33,478 nt of DNA. It comes from Nanobdellota archaeon (GTDB lineage Archaea; Nanobdellota; Nanobdellia; Woesearchaeales; GW2011-AR15). The notes beneath the pieces were generated by a model that saw nothing but the letters and a program-made list of their open reading frames with translations, was not told the origin of the DNA and searched no databases. Both the position numbers and the translations under genes were made by a program. Of this stretch, positions 17,271 to 25,926 are shown one piece after another. Every line of letters starts with the position of its first letter. Position 1 is the stretch's first letter. The stretch spans positions 1-33,478 of the forward strand of contig JAHIYL010000157.1 in NCBI GenBank assembly GCA_018815145.1. The letters run 5' to 3'.

Positions 17271-18008
17271 CTATATACCTAAGATCACTTCTTTATTTCT
17301 TATTGCCCTTCTCAGACGAGCATAACTTGGAACACCAACAATCTTTGTATTGTCCTTCCCGTCAATGCCAATATATATTGCCGGAAGACTTGTGCCGACA
17401 GCAAGTTTTTCTGAGTCTATCATATCTTTTTGGACAATAATATAGTCTGAAGAATCCATGCATTTATTAAATTTGCTTTTTGCAATGCCAAATCTTTCCG
17501 CAACATTATCTATCTTGTCTGTTTCCAATCCCACTATTGCGTCAATGATGTCAGAGAGGTTTCCTTTGCCGATGCTTTCTTCAATGCACAAGATTGCTGT
17601 CGCATAGACATAGCCATTTTCTTTGCTGTTGTAATCATCATCAGATATGTATGTCTTGTAATAGAGCCTGACTCTTCCTGAATCAATGAATTCATCTCTT
17701 AGCTGCGGAACAATATCTTTTTCAAAATCTTTGCCTGCATCTGAGATAAAATCAGTGAAAATAATGACTGTCACTCTTGCGTCCGGACTGCCAATAAAAT
17801 CTCTTCCCATTATATCAGGATTGGTGGTAAAATAATACTCAAAGAGATAGGATTCATTCTTCTGGTCAACATTTTTTTTTATATATGGCTTTTTTGTAAG
17901 CTCATACATCAATGCGCTGACACAAATAAATAGCACAAACAAAACAAATAAAGTAAAAACAATGATTGTCTTTAGACCTCTATTCTGTATCTTGGCCTTT
18001 TTTTTCAT
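17271..18008 (-). CDS. Membrane-anchored DsbA-like (Thioredoxin_4) protein lacking the CxxC active site
   Basis: It has an N-terminal TM anchor. The DsbA-like layout is GSPDARVTVIIFTDFISDAGKDFEKDIVPQLRDEFIDSGRVRLYYKTY...CIEE...FNKCMDS...GTSLPAIYIG. The position normally holding C-P-x-C reads S-D-A-G. Confidence 0.6.
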   Translation of the reverse strand: MKKKAKIQNRGLKTIIVFTLFVLFVLFICVSALMYELTKKPYIKKNVDQKNESYLFEYYFTTNPDIMGRDFIGSPDARVTVIIFTDFISDAGKDFEKDIVPQLRDEFIDSGRVRLYYKTYISDDDYNSKENGYVYATAILCIEESIGKGNLSDIIDAIVGLETDKIDNVAERFGIAKSKFNKCMDSSDYIIVQKDMIDSEKLAVGTSLPAIYIGIDGKDNTKIVGVPSYARLRRAIRNKEVILGI

Positions 18009-18700
18009 TCGACAGTCTCCATAAGCTCATTTTTGGATACTAACTCTTTTTGGAGAACATTTTCCTGGATAATTACAGCAGGAATATCAGTTATGTCATA
18101 GTAGCTCTTGATAAGCTTTACAATCTGTTCATCTGAATTGAAATCTATGGTAAAAACAATTACCTTTTTTCCTTTTGTTTCCATCTCCTGCTTGAATCCG
18201 TCAAGCTCTTCTCCCTGCTTAATACATGTAGCGCACTCCTTTGAATAAAAATAGAGGACTGGTATCAGGGTCTTATTGCACTTTTTGTAATTATTTTTTG
18301 CCATGACCCAAGCTCTTATCGAAAGTTTTGTATAAGATTCCTTCAGAGCAAGGTATTCTTCACTCACCTTATTGTACCGCTCATATTCTTCAATCCTGTA
18401 TGGGAAGCTCTCCCAGAAATAGCTCAGCCTATCTTCAAGATCATTGTAAGACAATGCTGAGAATTCACATGCTTTTTTTGGTGAAAGACCGCTTGTGAAG
18501 CTTTCCTGCACCTGGATTGTCTCGATTCCTGCTGTCAGGACATCCACATAGTTTTTTATGAAATCTATCTCTTCCTGAGTCTTCTTCTCTATCATTTTAT
18601 TTGCATAAAGACCACTAAGGACTCCGGCCAAATAAAGCAGAATTGACAATATGACTGATATGATAATCAATTTCTTTCGGGATTTGATGATTTTCTTCAT
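18005..18700 (-). CDS. Membrane-anchored thioredoxin-fold protein with a CxxC (CATC) motif
   Basis: It has an N-terminal TM anchor and a helical linker. The Trx core is IPVLYFYSKECATCIKQGEELD...KVIVFTIDFNSD...YDITDIPAVII. It overlaps the downstream DsbA-like gene in an ATGA arrangement. Confidence 0.7.
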   Translation of the reverse strand: MKKIIKSRKKLIIISVILSILLYLAGVLSGLYANKMIEKKTQEEIDFIKNYVDVLTAGIETIQVQESFTSGLSPKKACEFSALSYNDLEDRLSYFWESFPYRIEEYERYNKVSEEYLALKESYTKLSIRAWVMAKNNYKKCNKTLIPVLYFYSKECATCIKQGEELDGFKQEMETKGKKVIVFTIDFNSDEQIVKLIKSYYDITDIPAVIIQENVLQKELVSKNELMETVE

Positions 18701-18723
18701 ATCTCTACGGAAACGCCCGTATT

Positions 18724-18733
18724 CTATATAAAG
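18724..18733 (-). promoter_or_regulatory. TATA-like box candidate for the thioredoxin/GT operon
   Basis: The minus strand reads ctttatatag, about 25-30 nt upstream of the ATG at 18700, which would give a leaderless or short-leader transcript. Confidence 0.3.
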
Positions 18734-18786
18734 TTTTTGTCAAAAACATATATCCCAAAACTTGTGTAAAAAGAGCAAGAGGAAAA

Positions 18787-18796
18787 CTTTAAATAA
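18787..18796 (+). promoter_or_regulatory. TATA-like box candidate for the giant surface-protein gene
   Basis: ctttaaataa lies about 25 nt upstream of the GGGGG Shine-Dalgarno-like tract (18822-18826). Confidence 0.3.
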
Positions 18797-18832
18797 TCAT
18801 GTATATTAAGAGATTAAAAAAGGGGGCAAAAC

Positions 18833-21800
18833 TTGACAAAAAAACTAATTTATATGCTACTAATCATTATTCTCTCTATTGTTACAGCCAGTTTTGCATA
18901 TGCTTCCTTTGATGTTAATCTGCATTCACCTGAAAATGGCATCTATAAGAGCACAAATTCTGTTATGTTCAATTTCTCTGTCATAGGCAATTACTCAAGC
19001 TATAACTGCAGCATATTTACAAACAGGACCGGAGCGTGGATGATCAATCTCACCAATTCTTCTGTATCTAACGACACTTTCAGCTTCTTCGATCTGCAGG
19101 AACTTGATGAAGGTGAATTCTTATGGAACATATTCTGTGAAAATCAGACAGAATCCAATTTCAGCATATCTAACTATTCCCTGAATATTGATACAATCTT
19201 TCCTTCATGGACAGACTATTCTACCTATCCGGCAGACAACCAGAATTACACTCCTGACACAAGTCATGAATTCAACATAACATGGAGCGATATCAATCTG
19301 AGGTATGTCTGGATAGAACATAATTTCACAGGGACTCTTTTAAATTACACATCAGTATCAAATATTTCTGAATCTATTTTTTACTATCAGTATGGTTCTC
19401 TCAAGGCAGGTTCATATCTCTGGCGCATGTTCGCAAACGACACTGCAGGTAATCTTAATTTTTCAGACAGTTTTACCTATTTCATACAAAAAACTGAGTC
19501 ACTCATCAATCTGACAATCAACGAGACAACAACAAATTTTTCTATTAGTGAAGGTAATTATCTCAATATAACAGGGACAAAGCTCTCTGGCGAAGGTGAT
19601 ATCACTCTATACAATAATGGCACAGCAGTCAATTCAGATCCTTCACTAGTATCCAATATATCCTTCTTCTACATCCCAGGCACATTCAATATCACATTAT
19701 TCTACACTGAATCAGAGAATTACACTGAATCATATTATACTTTTTGGGTGACTGTTAATGATACAGCTGCACCATCCTGGTATGATAATCTCACAAGTAT
19801 AGCAAGTGGATTTGCCTATTCTCAACTGCTGCGCCAATTCAATGTATCCTGGAATGATTCAACATTAGACACTGTATGGATTGAACACAATTTCAGTGGC
19901 ACGCTGTCCAATTATTCTGTGACAGGCAATATCAATAACATCATATATTATTATGATTCGCCTACAATCACTCCCGGAGAATATTCTTGGAGCATGTGCG
20001 CAAATGATTCACAGCAGAATCTCAACTGCACACCATATTTCAGCTACTCAGTTATCAAGGCAAATCCCAGCATCAACCTGACCATAAATGGAAATGGAAA
20101 CCTGTCAACCTATGTTGTTGAGAGTGTCAATCTTACAGGTTTTGTCCTTGATGGAGACGACATACTTGAACTGTATGTCGAAGGCATATTGTACAATAAT
20201 GGCTCTGATGCTGTCACAAATATCACTTCCTTTATTACAGAAGGCATAAAAAATATAACTCTGATATACCCTGTTTCTCAAAATTATACAGGGACATCAG
20301 AAACATTATGGGTAGATGTTATTGGGACTTTTTTTACTTCACTTCCGGATATCTTGCCTGCAGCAATAAATAACCAGACAAATATGGTATGCAGTTTTGA
20401 AGAGGATGGAGCTTCAAACAATATCACAACGTGGTATAGGAACAATGTAAGTGACCTAAGAATATATATGCCTTTTGAGACAAATGAAGGAAGTGAGTCA
20501 AACCAGACAATAGACTATTCAGGTTTCGGCAATAATGGTGTTGTTGTCAATGCAACATGGTCTGCATCTTCCGGAAAGATCGGCGGCGGATACACTTTCA
20601 ATGGAACTGATGATTACATAACTGTTGCGCACAGTGATTCATTGAACCTCACTAAACAGTTGACTGTGGAAGCTTGGGTAAAAAGAGAGGGTATAGGAAC
20701 TGAACAGGTGATACTGTCAAAGATGAGTAGTGTTTTCGGAACAGATATGTTCTCACTCTCATTTTATTCTAACAATAAGGTTAGGTTGACAATAGGGGCA
20801 GGTAGTTCTTGCGAAATTGATTCAATTTCAGCAATAACTGACTCCAATTGGTACCATATTGCAGCAACATATGATGGAGATACAAAACTTGCCAAAATAT
20901 ATATCAATGGAACTCTTGATAAGAATGATACATCATGTCTAATATCAAGTTTCATATGGACCTCAGATCCACTGGGAATTGGCGCACTTCATGACGGGAG
21001 CAATAAATTCAACGGCAGTTTGGATGAAATGAGATTGTATAACAAAACACTTTCTGATGCACAGATAAAAGAACATTCATTATTGAACTATCATCATCTG
21101 AATGCAAATGAGACTAACAGCAATGAATACTGGAAGTGCAGTGTTCTCCTTGTAAATGATACAAAGTTAGGTAGACATTATAATTCAACAGCCAAATACA
21201 TCAAAGAATACGATGCAGTCAACCTCACTGTCAATGGAACAGACGGAAATATCGGAATTGAAAGAGATTCAAGCATCAATATCACCGGAGTGCTCATATC
21301 AGGAGAAGGAGAACTTGCAATCTATATTGATGGTAATCTGATAAACAATGGAAGCCTACATATTTCAAACATCACATTGTTCAATGAGACAGGAAGCCAT
21401 AATATCACACTCATAAGTTCAGGCTCTGACACATATCTGCCGGCAAGCGAGACACATTGGGTGACTGTCACAGATACAGTGAATCCTGTGATCTCATCAG
21501 TTGCCAATATCTCTGTCACCTGGTCAACATACAATATCATCTGGAATACAGATGAACCTGCAAATTCCATTGTCTTCTATGGTAATTCATCCGGCAATTA
21601 CACATCCAGTGCATCAAATCTAACAGAATACACATTGTCACACAACATCACCATATCTAATCTTGAAGATAACAGGACATATTATTATATTGTCAATTCA
21701 ACAGATCCATCCGGAAACTCAAACCAATCTGAGGAATATAATATCACAATAGAATATCAGGATGAAGTGGCACCAATATCTGGAAATGAGTTAGTATATC

Positions 21801-24800
21801 CGGAAACTGGAAATATATATAACACTTCTATTGAATATTTTTTCAATGCCAGTTTCACAGATGATGTAAATGTGACTAGAGTATGGATAGAGCACAATTT
21901 TACTAAAGGCGCTATGCAGAATTCATCTGTATCTAACCAAGGAAATGAATATTATTACAATACTACTCAGCTTGCAGCAGGTCACTATGGCTGGAGGATG
22001 TATGCTAATGACTCATCCGGCAACATTGGTTCCACAGATTCATTCACATATGTTGTTGAACAGGCAACTCCAAGCATCAATCTGACATTGAACAGGACTG
22101 CCGGAAATAATTCCCTGTCTGAAAATTCAGTTGTCAACCTTACAGCAATATTATTAGCCGGTGAGACAAATATAATTCTTTATAACAACAACAGCATCAT
22201 TGCATCCGGTTCGACTATTGTGTCCGCAAACACTGAATATGATAAACCTGGACTATATAATATCTCTGCTGCATATCCTGCAACAGAGAATTACAGTGCG
22301 AGCATGACAACTTATTGGCTTACTGTAACTGATGTGCCTGAAGCACCGACAATCCTTAATCTGACAGATGATGTCACAAAGACTTTCATCAAAAAGGATG
22401 AAACCATCACATTCTCAGCATACTGGCTTGATGATGATACAGGAGATTCAGTGAAACTTCTCATATCAAGGAATCCTTATTTTGAAGGCTGTGATTATGA
22501 TAACACAAGTTCATGCGTAACTTATTCTACTGCGGACACAACCAGCCCGGCCACTGCAACACTAGTAAATACCCTTAATGAGAATCTGACATGGTATGGA
22601 CAGATATGTGACAGCTACAATAATTGCACAAAAGTACATACTTACAATGACAATGATGATTCTGAAGTGAACATCAATTATACTGCAGGATGGGTTAATG
22701 TCAATTATGCATTTGATGGAAATTTGGGCGCCCCGCAGGCTTACACAACTTCAACCAGTTTCACAGAAATTCTTTTCAACTATAGTGTTCCAAATAATAT
22801 CACTCAAGGCTGGATGAATTACAAAATCGAGATTATAACTGCTCTTTCCAACGGAACTCTTTTTTGTAATAATGGAACAGAATGGATTAATCTGAAAAGT
22901 TGGCAGGATACATCTTTAACAGAAGAAAGCAATACCACAATAGATCCTACTTGTTATGATGGAAAATCTTATATTGATTTCAATCTGAGTGCAAAAGTAA
23001 CTGGACTAGGTTATTTTAGAGTATATGAACTGCAGCCTGTCTGGAACAAGACCGAAGTATACACTGAAAGTTTTATTGCTGATTCAACTCTTCCTGCAAC
23101 TATAATATTTGGTCCAACAGATAATGAAACAATCAACCTATCCGCAGTTGATTTCAATTACAGTGTCAATGATTCATTTATTGACCGTGCCTGGTATCAA
23201 TTGGATTACAGTACCACAAAAAACTTCCTGGATCCTGCATTGAACACAACAAGCATAAGTTTTGATCATCCTGGACAGCATATAATAATCCTGTATGCAA
23301 ATGACTCAGCAGGAAATATCAACAGCACATCAACAACATTCTATTCAAATGCTGCAATCAATCTCACAAAATGGAAAGAAGACATGCAAAATTCAAATCC
23401 TGAAATATCCAATATACTTATATCAAACTCAACTGGTCAGGCTGATGAACTTGCGGATCCAGACCAGGATTTCACAATCCTGCTTCAACTGACTGATGTC
23501 AATGCAACTATTGTCAACTTCTCCGGGAGCATCGCAAGATGGAACTATGTATTCAATATCACTGATGCAAGTTCAGATTTTGAAAGCCAGGTTGACAGCT
23601 CAATTGCCACCCTGCCTGTTGATTTTGCTTATCTGCAGAATTTCTCATGGTTTTATAGCTCAGAAAATACTTATCACGGTATAGTGAGGCTTCCAAAAAA
23701 CATATCCCAATATGACAGCATCTATTATTGCCCAGACCATGATCTGAGCAACTGCTACATTGTCACTTCAGTTTGCACAGGCCTATCAGACAGTGATTCA
23801 ACACCCTGTTATAATAATTCAATAGATTATATTGATGTTTTTGTTCCGCATTTCAGTGGAGTGTTTGGTGACAATGATACTGTGGCACCCACCATATCAA
23901 TATCTTCGCCTGTTGCTTCAGAAGTCCTCAGCAATGGATATGATAACTATCTTACCCTCACTGTAAATGAGAATTCATTTTGCTACTACAAATTCAGCAC
24001 AGATCCATCATATACAATCTTTTCAGCAAGTGCAGGAACATCATTCCAAAAGCGATTCAATAGTGAGAATGATGCCTGGGTGGATGCATCTCACACTTTC
24101 AACATACTTTGCAATGACACATATGGGAACAGCAACACAGACAGTGTCTCATTCACTGTCAATGATACAACAGCACCAACCATAACTTCTTCATCGTTCT
24201 ATGAAGAAAGTGCCAGTGCGGAAATTGATATTACCACAAATGAACCCACACAATGCAGATATAATCAGTCCAATGTAGCATTCTCACTCATGACCGCATA
24301 TGTACAGAATGCATCCTATATTTTTGTGCACAGCGATACTGTCGATACAGAAGGTATGCACTATATCAAATGCCAGGACATGGGAGGCAATGAAGTGGCT
24401 ACATCAATGGATATAGATTTCACCTCCACAACAAACCTTCGCAACGATGATGATGAGGGAAATACCGGCGGAGCAGGAGGAGACAGTGAAACCGCCGGTC
24501 CTTCAAGCATAACCCGGCTATGGCAGTCAATGCCGACAGGAACCCAGACCATGACCATATCAAGCGAAGAATTAATAATAACCAAATTGACTTTCTCTGT
24601 CCTTGAAGACATAACAAAGACAGTCTCAATAACAGTCAGTCAGGTAATAAGCCTCTCTTCAAGCATGCCTGAACTTGACAATCTCCTGTACAAGTATGCA
24701 AGAATAACAACTGGCAATCTTCCTGACAGCATAATTGAAAATGTAAAAATCCGGTTCAAAGTAAAGGACAGCTGGATAAAGGAAAACAATATTGACATAT

Positions 24801-25465
24801 CATCAATAAAACTGAACAGGTACACCGGAAAATGGGATCTTCTTCCTACTTCTTTGACTGATACTGATTCAAAATATTTCTACTTTGAAGCAACATCACC
24901 TGGTTTTTCATATTTTGGGGTAAATGCCAAAGCAAAACCAACTTCACCTGCTTCAACACCTGCTGCACAGAATGACACAAATCCAGTTCCTGTAATGGAC
25001 TCTGGTCCGCAGATAACCGGAAGCACAGTCACAAATCAGACAAGCATAGATAAAAAAGACCTTATTGAAAAAATAATTGAAAATCCTCTTAATTATCTTT
25101 GGCCTGTGTTTACACTATTGATTATATTCATATTAGTCATCTTCCTTATTTACCAGAATAGGTTTTCTGTAGTCACAGATTCAGATCTTGTTGGATTGAG
25201 AAAATATGTCCAGACCTGTGAAAGTGAAGGTATTGAATTTGAAAAGATAAAAGATACCCTTGTTAATGCAGGATGGAAAGAATCATTGGTGGAACTCGTA
25301 CTCCATGACGTGCATATGCCACATGATGAAATTGAAAAACTTGAATTTTACATAAGCTATGCCACAAATAAAGGAATCAAGCCTGAAGAAATCAAAGAAA
25401 ATCTTTTAGGAGTAGGGTGGCAGCATGATATTGTAGATGAACTCATAAAAAAAATCAAACCATGA
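18833..25465 (+). CDS. Giant (2210 aa) type-I membrane surface protein: signal peptide, repeated Ig-like modules, LamG lectin-like domain, FN3-like domain, PGF-pre-PGF domain, TM helix and repeat-containing cytoplasmic tail
   Basis: A TTG start with GGGGG 6 nt upstream gives MTKKLIYMLLIIILSIVTASFAYA. Three WIEHNF[TS] modules have their Trp codons at 19310, 19877 and 21884. Four INLTxN...WVTV modules are present. The Laminin_G_3-like domain spans 20513-21070 (NGVVVNATW..GGGYTFNGTDDYITV..LTVEAWVK..NWYHIAATYDG..IYINGTL..FNGSLDEMRLYNKTLS). The PGF-pre-PGF domain spans 24497-24931 (..VKIRFKVKDSWIKENNIDISSIKLNRYTGKWDLLPTS...YFYFEATSPGFSYFGV). A Pro/Thr/Ser linker follows, then a TM helix at about 25094-25153. 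Confidence 0.9.
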   Translation: MTKKLIYMLLIIILSIVTASFAYASFDVNLHSPENGIYKSTNSVMFNFSVIGNYSSYNCSIFTNRTGAWMINLTNSSVSNDTFSFFDLQELDEGEFLWNIFCENQTESNFSISNYSLNIDTIFPSWTDYSTYPADNQNYTPDTSHEFNITWSDINLRYVWIEHNFTGTLLNYTSVSNISESIFYYQYGSLKAGSYLWRMFANDTAGNLNFSDSFTYFIQKTESLINLTINETTTNFSISEGNYLNITGTKLSGEGDITLYNNGTAVNSDPSLVSNISFFYIPGTFNITLFYTESENYTESYYTFWVTVNDTAAPSWYDNLTSIASGFAYSQLLRQFNVSWNDSTLDTVWIEHNFSGTLSNYSVTGNINNIIYYYDSPTITPGEYSWSMCANDSQQNLNCTPYFSYSVIKANPSINLTINGNGNLSTYVVESVNLTGFVLDGDDILELYVEGILYNNGSDAVTNITSFITEGIKNITLIYPVSQNYTGTSETLWVDVIGTFFTSLPDILPAAINNQTNMVCSFEEDGASNNITTWYRNNVSDLRIYMPFETNEGSESNQTIDYSGFGNNGVVVNATWSASSGKIGGGYTFNGTDDYITVAHSDSLNLTKQLTVEAWVKREGIGTEQVILSKMSSVFGTDMFSLSFYSNNKVRLTIGAGSSCEIDSISAITDSNWYHIAATYDGDTKLAKIYINGTLDKNDTSCLISSFIWTSDPLGIGALHDGSNKFNGSLDEMRLYNKTLSDAQIKEHSLLNYHHLNANETNSNEYWKCSVLLVNDTKLGRHYNSTAKYIKEYDAVNLTVNGTDGNIGIERDSSINITGVLISGEGELAIYIDGNLINNGSLHISNITLFNETGSHNITLISSGSDTYLPASETHWVTVTDTVNPVISSVANISVTWSTYNIIWNTDEPANSIVFYGNSSGNYTSSASNLTEYTLSHNITISNLEDNRTYYYIVNSTDPSGNSNQSEEYNITIEYQDEVAPISGNELVYPETGNIYNTSIEYFFNASFTDDVNVTRVWIEHNFTKGAMQNSSVSNQGNEYYYNTTQLAAGHYGWRMYANDSSGNIGSTDSFTYVVEQATPSINLTLNRTAGNNSLSENSVVNLTAILLAGETNIILYNNNSIIASGSTIVSANTEYDKPGLYNISAAYPATENYSASMTTYWLTVTDVPEAPTILNLTDDVTKTFIKKDETITFSAYWLDDDTGDSVKLLISRNPYFEGCDYDNTSSCVTYSTADTTSPATATLVNTLNENLTWYGQICDSYNNCTKVHTYNDNDDSEVNINYTAGWVNVNYAFDGNLGAPQAYTTSTSFTEILFNYSVPNNITQGWMNYKIEIITALSNGTLFCNNGTEWINLKSWQDTSLTEESNTTIDPTCYDGKSYIDFNLSAKVTGLGYFRVYELQPVWNKTEVYTESFIADSTLPATIIFGPTDNETINLSAVDFNYSVNDSFIDRAWYQLDYSTTKNFLDPALNTTSISFDHPGQHIIILYANDSAGNINSTSTTFYSNAAINLTKWKEDMQNSNPEISNILISNSTGQADELADPDQDFTILLQLTDVNATIVNFSGSIARWNYVFNITDASSDFESQVDSSIATLPVDFAYLQNFSWFYSSENTYHGIVRLPKNISQYDSIYYCPDHDLSNCYIVTSVCTGLSDSDSTPCYNNSIDYIDVFVPHFSGVFGDNDTVAPTISISSPVASEVLSNGYDNYLTLTVNENSFCYYKFSTDPSYTIFSASAGTSFQKRFNSENDAWVDASHTFNILCNDTYGNSNTDSVSFTVNDTTAPTITSSSFYEESASAEIDITTNEPTQCRYNQSNVAFSLMTAYVQNASYIFVHSDTVDTEGMHYIKCQDMGGNEVATSMDIDFTSTTNLRNDDDEGNTGGAGGDSETAGPSSITRLWQSMPTGTQTMTISSEELIITKLTFSVLEDITKTVSITVSQVISLSSSMPELDNLLYKYARITTGNLPDSIIENVKIRFKVKDSWIKENNIDISSIKLNRYTGKWDLLPTSLTDTDSKYFYFEATSPGFSYFGVNAKAKPTSPASTPAAQNDTNPVPVMDSGPQITGSTVTNQTSIDKKDLIEKIIENPLNYLWPVFTLLIIFILVIFLIYQNRFSVVTDSDLVGLRKYVQTCESEGIEFEKIKDTLVNAGWKESLVELVLHDVHMPHDEIEKLEFYISYATNKGIKPEEIKENLLGVGWQHDIVDELIKKIKP
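25196..25312 (+). repeat. Cytoplasmic-tail repeat 1 (39 aa) of the giant protein
   Basis: LRKYVQTCESEGIEFEKIKDTLVNAGWKESLVELVLHDV aligns without gaps to repeat 2, with 11/39 identical residues (L..Y.......GI..E.IK..L...GW....V). Confidence 0.7.
25340..25456 (+). repeat. Cytoplasmic-tail repeat 2 (39 aa) of the giant protein
   Basis: The sequence is LEFYISYATNKGIKPEEIKENLLGVGWQHDIVDELIKKI. See repeat 1 for the alignment. Confidence 0.7.
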
Positions 25466-25469
25466 CGTT

Positions 25470-25925
25470 CTATTTTATCTTGATCATGTCACCTATAGTC
25501 AGACCCTGAGTTTTTGTCTTTTCAGATGTATGTACCTTTTCAAGCTCTACCTTCTCTATGAGTATCACACCAAGTATTTTCTCAAGCTTTTCTGACAATT
25601 TTAGAGATGGTTTTATCTGACCTGTCTCTATCTTCTGAATAAGTGATTCTCTTTCAGCAAGCTTAAGTGCAATTTCTTTCTGTTTAAGCCCCAGACTTTC
25701 TCTTTTATTCCTGATTATTGCTGAATAGTCTGAAACCACCATATTTACTACCTCTTTATCAGGCAATCTTGCAGTGTTTCTTTTTTGTCCCATTGATACA
25801 GGTCTTTTCTTCTTGATTATCTTGCCATACTGAGAGCATCCGCTGCAGACTGATAATTCTGTCCCTTCAACTGAAGCAAAGATAAGTTGATCAGTTACTT
25901 TCCCACACATATCACAATTCGGCAT
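25470..25925 (-). CDS. mbf1: Archaeal multiprotein-bridging factor 1 (zinc ribbon + Cro/C1 HTH)
   Basis: The listed start at 25943 is TTG. The ATG at 25925 lies 1 nt after the upstream stop and gives MPNCDMCGK...CSGC (C4 ribbon). The HTH is LGLKQKEIALKLAERESLIQKIETGQIKPSLKLSEKLEKILGV. Confidence 0.85.
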   Translation of the reverse strand: MPNCDMCGKVTDQLIFASVEGTELSVCSGCSQYGKIIKKKRPVSMGQKRNTARLPDKEVVNMVVSDYSAIIRNKRESLGLKQKEIALKLAERESLIQKIETGQIKPSLKLSEKLEKILGVILIEKVELEKVHTSEKTKTQGLTIGDMIKIK

Positions 25926-25926
25926 T

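Noticed and set aside
24899-25465. Possible PGF-CTERM/archaeosortase sorting signal at the end of the giant protein
   Set aside because: The PGF tripeptide (SPGFSYFGV) belongs to the pre-PGF domain. It is followed by a ~55-aa linker, a TM helix and a ~100-aa structured tail, not by the short TM plus basic terminus of a PGF-CTERM signal.
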